Below, one piece after another: positions 18,305-27,512 of a DNA stretch of 31,337 nt (its first letter is position 1; every line of letters starts with the position of its first letter). The stretch lies in the NCBI GenBank assembly GCA_039588275.1, contig JBDHAC010000048.1:1-31337 (forward strand). Reading direction: 5' to 3'. This stretch comes from Gemmatimonadota bacterium. GTDB taxonomy: Bacteria > Gemmatimonadota > Gemmatimonadetes > Palauibacterales > Palauibacteraceae. Made by a program: the position numbers and the translations under genes. Under the pieces are notes generated by a model. The model did no database searches and was not told the origin of the DNA. It saw only the letters and a program-made list of their open reading frames with translations.

Positions 18305-19357
18305 TTAGCCCTCTCGAGGCGCTCCAACCGTAGCCATTACGGCTTCGGAATCATCCTCCCGCGCGGCGTCGGGTACCGGCTCGCTCGCGCTCCGAGCAGG
18401 GGTTCCGCCCGCGTCGTCGGTGCGAAGCATGCGCGAGTACAGGCTCAGACTCGGGTCGGACACCCACTTGAACAGCAAGCGGGTCCACGAGGTGTGGGAC
18501 ACGAGGTTCTCGTAGTACTCGGGCGCCGTTGCCTTGAGCTTCGGCAGACGGTTCCACGGGATGGACGGGAAGTCGTGGTGCTCGTTGTGGTACCCGACGT
18601 TGAAGGCGAGATGGTTCGCCGCCCCGTAATAGCTGTATGTCTCCTGCGTAGTCCCCATCAAATAGTGGCGCTGGATCCAGCGCGCCCCGAGCGGGTGAAA
18701 TCCCGCCGAGAAGAACATGGAGGCGAGGAGATACCAGAACGCGGCTGCCCCCCACATCTGCCACACCAGGACATCGACGCCGATGATGATGATCCAGTTC
18801 AGGATCACCCAGCCGTCCACCGTGCGAATCTCTTTGACCCGAAACGTGTGCGTCACCGCGATGATCGGGAACAGGAGCAGCCATAGCGCCTTCAGGATGC
18901 CCGAGTTCCCCACCAGCTTCGCTTCCCATTCGTTCGGTACATCCGCATCGAGCTCGTAGATGCCTTGATGGGAGTGGTGCGCGAGGTGGTAGTGCTTGAA
19001 CGACACCGAGCTCGGGAGGGCGCTCGGGAAGTTCGCGAAGATACCCGCGAGCGTGTTCAGCACCTTCGATTTGAACAGGAGATTGTGGGCGCACTCGTGG
19101 ATCATCACGAAGAGGGCATGGTTCGAGACGGCACCAACCGTGTACGCGAGGAGCAAGAGCAGCCACCATGGCCGCCCCACGATCCAAGACGCGAGAAACA
19201 TCTGGAGACCGACGAGCGTCACGATCCCCATGAAGCTGTACGGGTTTCTGCCGATGTGCTCCCGAACATCCGGATGCTCACGTAAGATCGCCCGCGTACG
19301 GGCCTTATGCGGCTCCGGGCTCTCAGATCGGGAGAAGCCCTCGGGCACGGTGGCCAT
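18305..19357 (-). CDS. Membrane fatty-acyl desaturase, sphingolipid delta(4)-desaturase (DEGS/DES1)-like
   Basis: N-terminal EPHKARTRAILREHPDV. His boxes HECAHN, HYHLAHH and YHNEHHDFP, plus ETYSYYG and LSLYSRM. Confidence 0.88.
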   Translation of the reverse strand: MATVPEGFSRSESPEPHKARTRAILREHPDVREHIGRNPYSFMGIVTLVGLQMFLASWIVGRPWWLLLLLAYTVGAVSNHALFVMIHECAHNLLFKSKVLNTLAGIFANFPSALPSSVSFKHYHLAHHSHQGIYELDADVPNEWEAKLVGNSGILKALWLLLFPIIAVTHTFRVKEIRTVDGWVILNWIIIIGVDVLVWQMWGAAAFWYLLASMFFSAGFHPLGARWIQRHYLMGTTQETYSYYGAANHLAFNVGYHNEHHDFPSIPWNRLPKLKATAPEYYENLVSHTSWTRLLFKWVSDPSLSLYSRMLRTDDAGGTPARSASEPVPDAAREDDSEAVMATVGAPREG

Positions 19358-19485
19358 GCGCTCGTTGCCTCTTTTTCAATGGAACAGAGATGACAGGGGC
19401 CGCTCACATTACCCGTCGGATACGCCTGCTGGCAAGGCAATCCCGGGTCGAGTCGCTGACCGAACGGCTCCCCGGCGTACCGGAA

Positions 19486-19920
19486 CTAGCCGCCTTCGCG
19501 CTCGTCGGAGGCGAGGCTGCGAATCACCTCCAGCCGCTCCGAGACGCGGTCCACCGCGTGATCGAGCGGGCCGCGCGCGCGAGGATCCAGGGGACCTCCC
19601 CCGGTCAATCGCGAAGGGCGACAGTCCAGGACTCGCGCCCAGGACAGGGCGGCCCACGCTCCGACGTCCCGCAGCAGGTCGGGGCCGGGTCGCCGGAGCG
19701 AGAGCCCCAGACGCCGGCCCGCATCCTCCAGCTCCGTCAGCAGTTTCCGGAACTCGGCTCCGATCTCGACCAGCCGTCGCCCCTGCCCTTCCACACCGGG
19801 CTCGACTTCTCGCTCGATCCGCTCGAGCAGTCGCTGGGCCTCGAGGGCCAGCCGTCCGAGCCGAACCTCCAGACGCCGGCGTTGGGTCTCGGTCAGTTCC
19901 GGGGGCGCGGCGTCGGTCAA
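19486..19920 (-). CDS. Hypothetical alpha-helical protein
   Basis: 144-aa ORF with TTG start and helix-like composition, filling the gap between genes. Confidence 0.6.
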   Translation of the reverse strand: MTDAAPPELTETQRRRLEVRLGRLALEAQRLLERIEREVEPGVEGQGRRLVEIGAEFRKLLTELEDAGRRLGLSLRRPGPDLLRDVGAWAALSWARVLDCRPSRLTGGGPLDPRARGPLDHAVDRVSERLEVIRSLASDEREGG

Positions 19921-19948
19921 GCCATGGCCCGGAGCGAAGCCGATCCGT

Positions 19949-20045
19949 TCAGGGACCGAGCTCCTTCCGCCGCGGTTTGAGGACGAACAGACCTTGGCTC
20001 ATGCTCGAAACGATCACCGTGTCGCTCTGCGGAAACCACGAAGGT
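19949..20045 (-). pseudogene. Probable 3' remnant of a choice-of-anchor B / LVIVD-type gene
   Basis: WFPQSDTVIVSSMSQGLFVLKPRRKELGP* resembles the recalled C-terminal YP(F/W)FxSGxxxVSxxxxGLFVL motif. The sequence upstream is not similar. Confidence 0.45.
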
Positions 20046-20216
20046 GGGGAAGATGGGTCGTCGCCGATGGTGCGGCCAGTCACCGGCATTTCGCTCTGCT
20101 CTCTCGCGGGTGCTCCTCCTCTCGTGCGTATCTCTCGCCCCATCCCCACCCGCCGACTAGACTAGGGCGTTGTCGCATCCGCTCGTTTCCTCGACCTGGC
20201 CCGGAGGTCTTCGCCC

Positions 20217-22451
20217 ATGATGCCTGCGATCCGTCTTTCCATCGGAGGCTGCGCGCCACATCCTCGTTTCCCGCACAAGGGCGTCACCGTCTTCGCATTG
20301 GTGCTGGCCGCAGTGTCGTGCGCACCGGCTACCCCGGTGTTCGCACAGAGCTCGGAGAGCGAGGAGGGAGATCGCTGGACGCCCGCCCTCAGCATGAAGT
20401 ACCGCGCGATCCAGGGGACGGCGATCTCTCCCGACGGTGGCCGGGTGGCGTACGTCGTCCGGACGCCGCTCATGGAAGGGAGCCAGTCCGAGTATCTGAG
20501 CCACGTCTGGATCGCCGCCACCGACGGATCGTGGGCGCGGCAGTTCACGCGGGGCGAAGAGTCCGCGGGCAGCCCCTCATTCTCACCGGATGGAGAGTGG
20601 CTCGCGTTCACGAGCGGCAGGAGCTCGAGCGAGGAGAACGGCGGCAGGAACCAGGTATGGGTTCTTCCGCTCACCGGGGGCGAGGCTCGCCCTGCGACCG
20701 ACGCTCCGGCCGGCGTGGGCGCGTATCGGTGGTCGCCCGACGGCGCCCGGATCTCCTTCGTGATGCGGGATCCCGAAACGGAAGAGGAGAAGAAGGCCAA
20801 GGACGAGAAGACGGACGTCATCCTCGTCGATCAGAACTTCAAGTACGGGCATCTCTATGTCGTCGATGTGGATCCGGACGCCGATGAGGCCGCCGCCGCG
20901 GCGCGGTTGACCGAGGGCGAGTACCACGTGACGGGATTCGACTGGTCCCCCGACGGCACCCGGATCGTCTTCGGACACCAGCCCGATCCGCGCATCAACA
21001 CCGGGCGGCTTTCGGGCGACATCTCGATCGTTTCCGTCCCGTCCAGCGCGGAGATCGAGGCGATGCGGGAGTCCGAGGCGGCGGAGTCCGCCGATGAGGA
21101 CGACGCGGACGAGGCCGCGGAAGACGAGGGCGATGAGGAGGCCGAGCTCGAAGCCGTGGGGGAGGTGACGCGCCTGGTCACGGGTGCGGGGGTGGAGAGA
21201 AGCCCCCGCTGGTCTCCGGATGGCCGCTGGATCGCGTACGCATCCACCGGCTCGCAGATCGAGCCCATCGGGCTCGGTGACCTCTACGTCGTGTCGCCCG
21301 ATGGTGGCGAGCCCCGCATGCTGGCCGAGACACCGAACCGGAGCGTGAACGTAGTCGGCTGGTCGGGCGACGGTCGTCACCTCTTCCTGAACGAGTCGCT
21401 CGGGACGACGCGGCATCTGATCGCGGTCCCCCTCGAGGGAGAGGAGATCCGCCAGGTGAGCTCCGGGGACGGCGTCATGGGCTCGGTGTCGTTGACGCCG
21501 GACGGCTCACTGGCGGCGTTCACGTGGCAGACCCCCGACGAGCCGTGGGATGTGCACGTGTCCTCCACCGACACCTACGCGCCGAGGCGTGTCACCGACA
21601 CACACGCCGGCGTACCGAGACCCGAGATGGGGCGAACCGAGCTCCTCGCGTGGACCGCGCCTGACGGTACCCCGGTGGAGGGGCTTCTGACGTACCCGGT
21701 GGGCTACGAGAACGGGCGACGGTATCCGCTCATCCTGAACGTGCACGGCGGACCCGCGGGCGTGTACTCGCAGGGCTTCACGGGGTCCCCGAGCATCTAC
21801 ATGCTGCAGTACTTCGCGCAGGAGGGGTTCGCGATCCTGCGCCCCAACCCCAGGGGCTCCACCGGATACGGGAAGGAGTTCCGCTACGCCAATTTCCGGG
21901 ACTGGGGCTACGGGGACCTGAGCGACCTCCTGGCGGGGGTGGATCACGTCGTCGAGTTGGGGGTCGCGCACTCCGACAGCCTGCTTCTGATGGGGTGGAG
22001 CTATGGAGGCTATATGACCTCGTTCGCGGTGACCCAGACCGACCGCTTCAAGGTGGCCAGCATGGGCGCCGGACTGCCGAACCTCGTGAGCATGACGACC
22101 ACGACCGACATCGGGGATTACCTCGTGGGGCACATGGGTGCCGAGTTCTGGGAGGACTACGAGGAGTACGAGAGGCATTCCGCGATCTACCACATCGCGA
22201 ACGTGAAGACTCCCACGCAGGTAATCCATGGGCAAAACGACCTGCGCGTACCGTTCACGCAGGGGCAGGAGTTCTATCGGGCCCTGGGGCGCCTCGGCAT
22301 CCCGACGGAGTTCGTCGTCTACCCCCGCACGCCGCACGGGCCGCGCGAGCCCAAGTTCGTCATGGACGTGTCGGAGCGGATCCTGGAGTGGTTCAAGAAG
22401 CACCTGCGGCCTGAGACGGTGACCGCAGCCGTGGGAGAAGAGGGTAGCTAG
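20217..22451 (+). CDS. S9 family peptidase (acylaminoacyl/dipeptidyl peptidase) with PD40 beta-propeller
   Basis: RBS GGAGGT, signal peptide (VFAQ) and repeated (W/F)SPDG. VHGGP, NPRGSTGYG, and the triad GWSYGG / HGQNDLRVP / TPHG. Confidence 0.93.
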   Translation: MMPAIRLSIGGCAPHPRFPHKGVTVFALVLAAVSCAPATPVFAQSSESEEGDRWTPALSMKYRAIQGTAISPDGGRVAYVVRTPLMEGSQSEYLSHVWIAATDGSWARQFTRGEESAGSPSFSPDGEWLAFTSGRSSSEENGGRNQVWVLPLTGGEARPATDAPAGVGAYRWSPDGARISFVMRDPETEEEKKAKDEKTDVILVDQNFKYGHLYVVDVDPDADEAAAAARLTEGEYHVTGFDWSPDGTRIVFGHQPDPRINTGRLSGDISIVSVPSSAEIEAMRESEAAESADEDDADEAAEDEGDEEAELEAVGEVTRLVTGAGVERSPRWSPDGRWIAYASTGSQIEPIGLGDLYVVSPDGGEPRMLAETPNRSVNVVGWSGDGRHLFLNESLGTTRHLIAVPLEGEEIRQVSSGDGVMGSVSLTPDGSLAAFTWQTPDEPWDVHVSSTDTYAPRRVTDTHAGVPRPEMGRTELLAWTAPDGTPVEGLLTYPVGYENGRRYPLILNVHGGPAGVYSQGFTGSPSIYMLQYFAQEGFAILRPNPRGSTGYGKEFRYANFRDWGYGDLSDLLAGVDHVVELGVAHSDSLLLMGWSYGGYMTSFAVTQTDRFKVASMGAGLPNLVSMTTTTDIGDYLVGHMGAEFWEDYEEYERHSAIYHIANVKTPTQVIHGQNDLRVPFTQGQEFYRALGRLGIPTEFVVYPRTPHGPREPKFVMDVSERILEWFKKHLRPETVTAAVGEEGS

Positions 22452-22512
22452 AGCGAGGTGGCCGCAGGCCGTTTCGAGCAGTGAGGTCGACCCGAGTCGA
22501 GGAGCAGGAACC

Positions 22513-23310
22513 GTGGCAGAGCCATTCGCGCGCCTTCCTTCATCAGGTGTCAGTCTGTCCGCACGCATCATCGGGCGGCGTGCCGGTCGTACGGCCGTTC
22601 GCGAGCTGGAGGCGCTCTTGGCCCGGGCCAAGAGCGTGCGAGACGTATCGGTCGAAAGGGTGCACAGACTGAGCGCGTCGCACGGCATCGACCTTCGCGA
22701 GCGTCTCCGGACCCCACGGCGCAACCTGTACCGCCGCTTCCTCGAGCACTGCCTGCTGGACTGCTCGCTCACGGAAGAGGAAGCAGAAGAGCTCGCCCAT
22801 CTCAGGAAGCTCCTGCATCTGGCCGACAGCGACGTGGCGCACGTTCACGATGCGGTGTCCCGCACCGTGTACGGTGCGGCGCTCGAGGATGTCCTCGACG
22901 ACCACAAGCTCGACGAGGAGGAGGAGCGCTTTCTCAGGAGACTGCGAGACGAGCTGGGCATGTCCGATGTGGATGCGAGCCGCATGTACGAGGAGGAGGC
23001 GCGCCGCGCACAGCAGCGCCTGCTGTCCAGCTCGCCGAACGCCGGCATCCTGGCGTCCCGGCAAGGTGTGGTCGAGCTGAAGGGCGCTTCGACCGTCGGT
23101 CTCCAGGACGCGATCCAGTCGGTGGTCGACGAGTCGAGCCATGCCTTGCCGCATCTCAGCTGGGCCGAGTTGAGCGAGGTCAGGGTCCGGATCGAGAGCG
23201 GACACGTCGCCGAGTGGCAGATCAAGCTCAAGGCGGGGTTGGCGCCGCCTCCGACGGCGTCTTCGCCCGATTCGACCGCACCCCCGACGGACTCATCGTC
23301 CGCACCCTGA
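22513..23310 (+). CDS. Fusion protein: two TerB-like helical repeats plus a C-terminal dodecin domain
   Basis: Repeats DCSLTEEEAEELAHLRKLLHL and DHKLDEEEERFLRRLRDELGM. C-terminal VVELKGASTVGLQDAIQ...HLSWAELSEVRVRIESGHVAEWQIKLKAGL fits the dodecin pattern. Confidence 0.75.
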   Translation: MAEPFARLPSSGVSLSARIIGRRAGRTAVRELEALLARAKSVRDVSVERVHRLSASHGIDLRERLRTPRRNLYRRFLEHCLLDCSLTEEEAEELAHLRKLLHLADSDVAHVHDAVSRTVYGAALEDVLDDHKLDEEEERFLRRLRDELGMSDVDASRMYEEEARRAQQRLLSSSPNAGILASRQGVVELKGASTVGLQDAIQSVVDESSHALPHLSWAELSEVRVRIESGHVAEWQIKLKAGLAPPPTASSPDSTAPPTDSSSAP

Positions 23311-23334
23311 CGCGCGAAAGACGCGATTGTTTAG

Positions 23335-23567
23335 ATGACCGATCCGCACGAGATCCTGCACGCGGAGCTCGGTCGGCGGTACGAGCTGCAGGACATCCTG
23401 GGCGAGGGTGGGATGGGAACGGTGTACCTCCCCTGGATTTGAAGCACGGCCGACGGGTCGCCATCAAGACCATCCACCCTAAGCTCACCAGCGAGGTGGG
23501 GCCGATCCGCTTCGAGCGCGAGATCTGGCTCACCGCGAACCTGCAGCATCCGCTCATCCTCCCGTGA
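23335..23567 (+). pseudogene. Frameshifted, truncated Ser/Thr kinase fragment
   Basis: MTDPHEILHAELGRRYELQDILGEGGMGTVYL, a 1-nt frameshift near 23430, then LDLKHGRRVAIKTIHPKLTSEVGPIRFEREIWLTANLQHPLILP*. The catalytic loop is absent. Confidence 0.88.
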
Positions 23568-23640
23568 GGCCACCCAACCCGGTCTCGAGTCCATCGTCCC
23601 CTCGGTCGGATTCTCTATGGCGGCCCCGACCCTTCAGCCG

Positions 23641-23662
23641 TATACTCGCATATACGGGTATA
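23641..23662. promoter_or_regulatory. Putative ArsR operator (imperfect palindrome)
   Basis: TATACTCGCATATACGGGTATA has 9 of 11 symmetric pairs, and CCGTATA-N6-TATACGG lies at 23638-23657. About 30 nt upstream of the arsR start. Confidence 0.7.
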
Positions 23663-23692
23663 GAGCTTCAGGCGACGGGGAGGTCGTGTCAC

Positions 23693-24043
23693 GTGCGTGA
23701 GTGGGCCGGCTGGTTCAAAGCGCTGTCCGAGGAGATCAGGCTGGAGATCCTCACGCTCCTCCTGAGACACGGGGAGCTGTGTGTGTGCGAGATCGAGAGC
23801 CTGCTCGAGGTCTCCCAATCCACCGCTTCCAGACATCTCCGGTATCTTCTGAACGCCGGGCTGGTCGACGACCGGCGCGACGGCCTGTGGGTGTTTTACC
23901 AGGTCGCGGACCGAGATGACCGTCGTCATCTGGAGCTCGTGCGCTTCCTGCGCTCGCTGTTGGAGCATGCTCCCCTGCCCGATCTCAGCCACGAGCTCGA
24001 CGCCATGCGCTCGGAGCGTTGTCAGCCGGCGGTGGCCCCATGA
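23693..24043 (+). CDS. arsR: ArsR/SmtB metalloregulator (As(III)-responsive type)
   Basis: GTG start after [27 protein letters not shown] (alpha-3 Cys site), [12 protein letters not shown] and RRDGLWVFY. Confidence 0.92.
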   Translation: MREWAGWFKALSEEIRLEILTLLLRHGELCVCEIESLLEVSQSTASRHLRYLLNAGLVDDRRDGLWVFYQVADRDDRRHLELVRFLRSLLEHAPLPDLSHELDAMRSERCQPAVAP

Positions 24044-25146
24044 GTACCGCCGGAATCGCCGTCGCGCGTCGTCTCTCGTTCCTCGACCGATATCTGACCC
24101 TGTGGATCTTCGCGGCCATGGCCGCGGGGGTCGGGATCGGGTACCTGTGGCCGCGGGCGATCGAGTCCTTCAACAGCATGACCCAGATCGGTACGACCTC
24201 GGTCCCGATCGCGATCGGGCTCATCCTCATGATGTACCCGCCCCTGGCCAAAGTCCGGTACGAGAAGTTCGGGTCCGTCTTCCGGCACAAGAAGATCCTC
24301 GGACTGTCGCTGCTCCAGAACTGGATCGTGGGCCCCATCGTGATGTTCGTCCTCGCGATCGTCCTGCTCAGGGACCTGCCGGGCTATGCGGTGGGGCTGA
24401 TCCTGGTCGGGTTGGCCCGGTGTATCGCGATGGTGCTGGTCTGGAACGATCTCGCCGATGGCGATCGCGATCTCGCCGCCGGACTGGTCGCCGCGAACGC
24501 CGTGTTCCAGGTGCTGTTCTACGGCGTGTATGCCTGGGTCTTCATCACCTTCCTCCCTCCCCTCTTCGGTCTCGAGGGGTTCGCGATGGATGTCGGGATG
24601 GGGGACATCGCGCGCACGGTCCTCATCTATCTCGGAATCCCGTTCTTCGGCGGGCTGATCACCCGCCTCGTGCTGTTGAGGGCGAAAGGCCTGCGCTGGT
24701 ACGAAGAGGTATTCATCCCTCGTATCAGCCCGCTCACGCTCGGGGCGCTGCTGTTCACCATCGTGGTCATGTTCTCGCTGAAGGGGGAGCTGATCGTCCA
24801 GCTCCCCGTGGATGTGCTCCGCATCGCGATCCCGCTCACGCTGTATTTCGTGGCGATGTTCGCGATCACGTTCGTTGGAGCGCGCTTGCTGCGGGGCGAG
24901 TATCCGGAGACCGCTACCGTCGCGCTGACGGCCGCCAGCAACGACTTTGAGCTGGCGATCGCGGTCGGGATCGCGGTGTTCGGGATCCAGTCACCCCAGG
25001 CGTTCGCGACCGTGATCGGACCGCTCGTGGAAGTCCCGGTCCTGATCGGACTCGTGCGCGTCGCGCTCTGGGTGAGGCGTCGATTCTACGCGCCGGAGCC
25101 GGTGCGCGAGGAAGCTCTGGGGGTCGCGCGCGCGACCGACTCCTGA
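24040..25146 (+). CDS. acr3: Arsenite efflux transporter, Acr3 family
   Basis: ATGA overlap with ars[56 protein letters not shown] and [11 protein letters not shown]. Confidence 0.95.
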   Translation: MSTAGIAVARRLSFLDRYLTLWIFAAMAAGVGIGYLWPRAIESFNSMTQIGTTSVPIAIGLILMMYPPLAKVRYEKFGSVFRHKKILGLSLLQNWIVGPIVMFVLAIVLLRDLPGYAVGLILVGLARCIAMVLVWNDLADGDRDLAAGLVAANAVFQVLFYGVYAWVFITFLPPLFGLEGFAMDVGMGDIARTVLIYLGIPFFGGLITRLVLLRAKGLRWYEEVFIPRISPLTLGALLFTIVVMFSLKGELIVQLPVDVLRIAIPLTLYFVAMFAITFVGARLLRGEYPETATVALTAASNDFELAIAVGIAVFGIQSPQAFATVIGPLVEVPVLIGLVRVALWVRRRFYAPEPVREEALGVARATDS

Positions 25147-25194
25147 TGGGCTGAACGACTCGGTCTGATGGCGGGTGAGTCCCGGGGACGCCCG

Positions 25195-25581
25195 CTACAG
25201 CACCTCGTCGAGCAGAAAGAGGTTCGTCAGGGTCGCACGCACGTGAACCGAGGCGTTCAGATTGTCGATCAGCTGTGAGCTGATCGATGGCTGCGCCAGC
25301 ACGAGTCTCACCGCCGCCCGGGCGCGTTCCGCGTCCTCCCGCGCCACGTCGATCATGCCTCGATACGCTTCGGGCGGCTCGAGTCCCTCCCGATCGATCA
25401 GGTCCGGCAGCCCGCCCGAGAGCGCTTCGAGCGCTTCCTCGATCTTGTGGAGAAACTCGCGCACTTGAGCATCGGCGCGACGGGCCGCGTCCCCGGTGGC
25501 TCCCCGCGCGGCGAAAGCGAGGAAGAACTCGTAGCTCTCCTCGATCGCGTCGATTCGCTCCTTGAGATCCGCGCGGTTCAA
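25195..25581 (-). CDS. Hypothetical helical protein (about 128 aa), last gene of the molybdoenzyme operon
   Basis: TTG 25581 overlaps the cytochrome b TGA. IDAIEESYEFFLAFAARG...SISSQLIDNLNASVHVRATLTNLFLLDEVL. Confidence 0.72.
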   Translation of the reverse strand: MNRADLKERIDAIEESYEFFLAFAARGATGDAARRADAQVREFLHKIEEALEALSGGLPDLIDREGLEPPEAYRGMIDVAREDAERARAAVRLVLAQPSISSQLIDNLNASVHVRATLTNLFLLDEVL

Positions 25582-26492
25582 GCGTCGCTCGAGGGTTCCG
25601 CGTCCCGCATGGCGCCGGCGTCCTGAACCGCGGCGGTGACCTCCGCCCGGCCGGCCTCTACCCCCGCGACGTTCCCGGCCGGGCCGCCGTTCAAGACCCA
25701 GCGCTCGGGATCGTGGTGCAGGAGGTATTCCTCGCGCTGGATCCACCCCCACACCATCGAGCGCATGAGCCAGCGCTTCTCGGGTCTGATCGCGAAATAC
25801 ACGTGGGCGATGGTGAGCGTGATGAGGCCCACGCCGGAGAGGCCGTGGAGGACGTACATGATCCCCCACGCAGAATCCGAGAGGAAGTACGGGTTCTGGT
25901 CCCAGAACGGGGTGTCGATGCGGAACATCATCAAGACGCCCGTGACGATCGCCACCACGGAGACGACCGTTGCGGCGTGATGGTAGAGCTTGTGATCGAG
26001 CGGGTACTTGCCGGCTTTCGGTGGTGGCACGCTAGATCGGCGGAAGAAGCGGGCGACCGCCCGCGAGCCTTCGTGCAGGTCTTCCGCACCGACCCACATC
26101 GAACGGAAGTCCTGCCGGAACGTCGCGTAGAGCACGTGATACACGATCGTGAGCGTCAGGACGACGCCGGCGATCCAGTGGATGGTCACCCACGGGAAGC
26201 GAATCCCCGCGACCGGGAGGAACGCCGTGATGAGGAGCGCGATCATCGCCAGCGCCATGACCCAGTGGAAGGCTCGTGACGAGAGGGTGTGACGAGTTAC
26301 GCGCTCGGGGATCCCCGCACCCGACACGAACGCCTCCTCCGGGCGCACCGGCTTCCTGATCCAGCGGACGTGGATCCAGTGGGCGACCACGAACGCGGCA
26401 CCTGCGATGAGTGCGACCCACATGAGGTCCCAGGCGATCCCGACCAGGACATCCTGTCCCCACGGGTTGGTGGCGCTGCGGAGGATCTCCAC
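25578..26492 (-). CDS. Di-heme cytochrome b membrane subunit (FdnI / hydrogenase cytochrome b-like)
   Basis: RHTLSSRAFHW, TIHWIAG, KAGKYPLDHKLYH, VLHG and IAHVYFAIRPE..LMRSMVWGWI...HHDPERW. Confidence 0.85.
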   Translation of the reverse strand: MEILRSATNPWGQDVLVGIAWDLMWVALIAGAAFVVAHWIHVRWIRKPVRPEEAFVSGAGIPERVTRHTLSSRAFHWVMALAMIALLITAFLPVAGIRFPWVTIHWIAGVVLTLTIVYHVLYATFRQDFRSMWVGAEDLHEGSRAVARFFRRSSVPPPKAGKYPLDHKLYHHAATVVSVVAIVTGVLMMFRIDTPFWDQNPYFLSDSAWGIMYVLHGLSGVGLITLTIAHVYFAIRPEKRWLMRSMVWGWIQREEYLLHHDPERWVLNGGPAGNVAGVEAGRAEVTAAVQDAGAMRDAEPSSDA

Positions 26493-26504
26493 GTCGGCGG
26501 TCCG

Positions 26505-27454
26505 CTACCCCTGCGCCGCGCGCAGCGCGCGCCTGCGCCGCGGACGGCCAACTCGCCCGCGGCCGCGGCCGTGTCTTCGTTCGTCTCCATCCCTTGGACG
26601 AGGTCTTCCACATCATGCAGGCGAACCGGAGTGGGGGCCACTCCGTTGATCGCGATTCGCGCGCGCTCGACCCGACCGCCGCTCGTCACGATCGCCGAAG
26701 CGACGTTCACGAGAGCGAAGTCCCACGACTGCCGGTCACGGACTTTTTCGAAGTAGAACTTCGCCCCGGCCCACGCGCCCGGTAGCCGGATTCGAGTCAG
26801 GAGGTCCCCCGGCTCGAGGACCGTCATGCGGGTGATGTCGATCTCGGGCCCGAGGAAGTAATCCTCCGCCGCCACGACGCGCTCACCGTCCGCGCTGCGG
26901 ATCACCAGCTCGGCGTCCAGCGCGATCAGCGCCGGGGCGGTATCCGAAGTGTTCACGGCGACGCACCGGTTCGCCCCGAACACGCAATGCTCCCGATTCA
27001 TGGACTGCGGCGTCGCGGCATAGCAGGTGTTGCCGCCCGCCCGGTAGCACGGCCACCCGCCCCTGTAGTACCAACAGCGCGTGTCCTGAGAGATGTTGCC
27101 CCCGATGGTCCCCTGATTCCGGATCTGTGGTGTGGCCACGTGTCCCGCGGCTGTCGAGAGCAGCCCGAACCGTTCGACGATCTCCGGATGCGTCGCGACC
27201 TCCGACACGGTCGTCAAGGCTCCGATCTCCAGCCCACCCGAGGTGGCGCGCACACCGCGCAGCTCCTCCACACCGCCCAACTCGACCACCGCCTCGGGTC
27301 GCTTCACGCGGTCCTTGAGCCAGTCCAGGCTGTCGAGCCCGCCCGCGAGCACCCACGAGCGCTCTCCGTAGCGCTCCAGCAGGGCGACTGTGTCCTCGAC
27401 GCTCGTCGGCTGTAAGAGCTCGAACGTCGGCATCATGTCGCGAATCACGGCCAT
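26505..27454 (-). pseudogene. Xanthine-dehydrogenase-family FAD subunit (PaoB/YagS-like), frameshifted near the 3' end
   Basis: LAGGLDSL, VATPQIRNQGTIGGNISQDTRCWYYR, 4Fe-4S Cys pattern (C..C..C..C) and KVRDRQSWDFALV. After ELAVRGA (26534) the likely native end RRALRAAQG* (TAG 26507-26505) is in a different frame. Confidence 0.75.
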
Positions 27455-27512
27455 CGTTACGCTCCTCTGGAAGCGTGTTGAGGAATCCCGTTCGCTCGGC
27501 GCGTGCGCGGCG

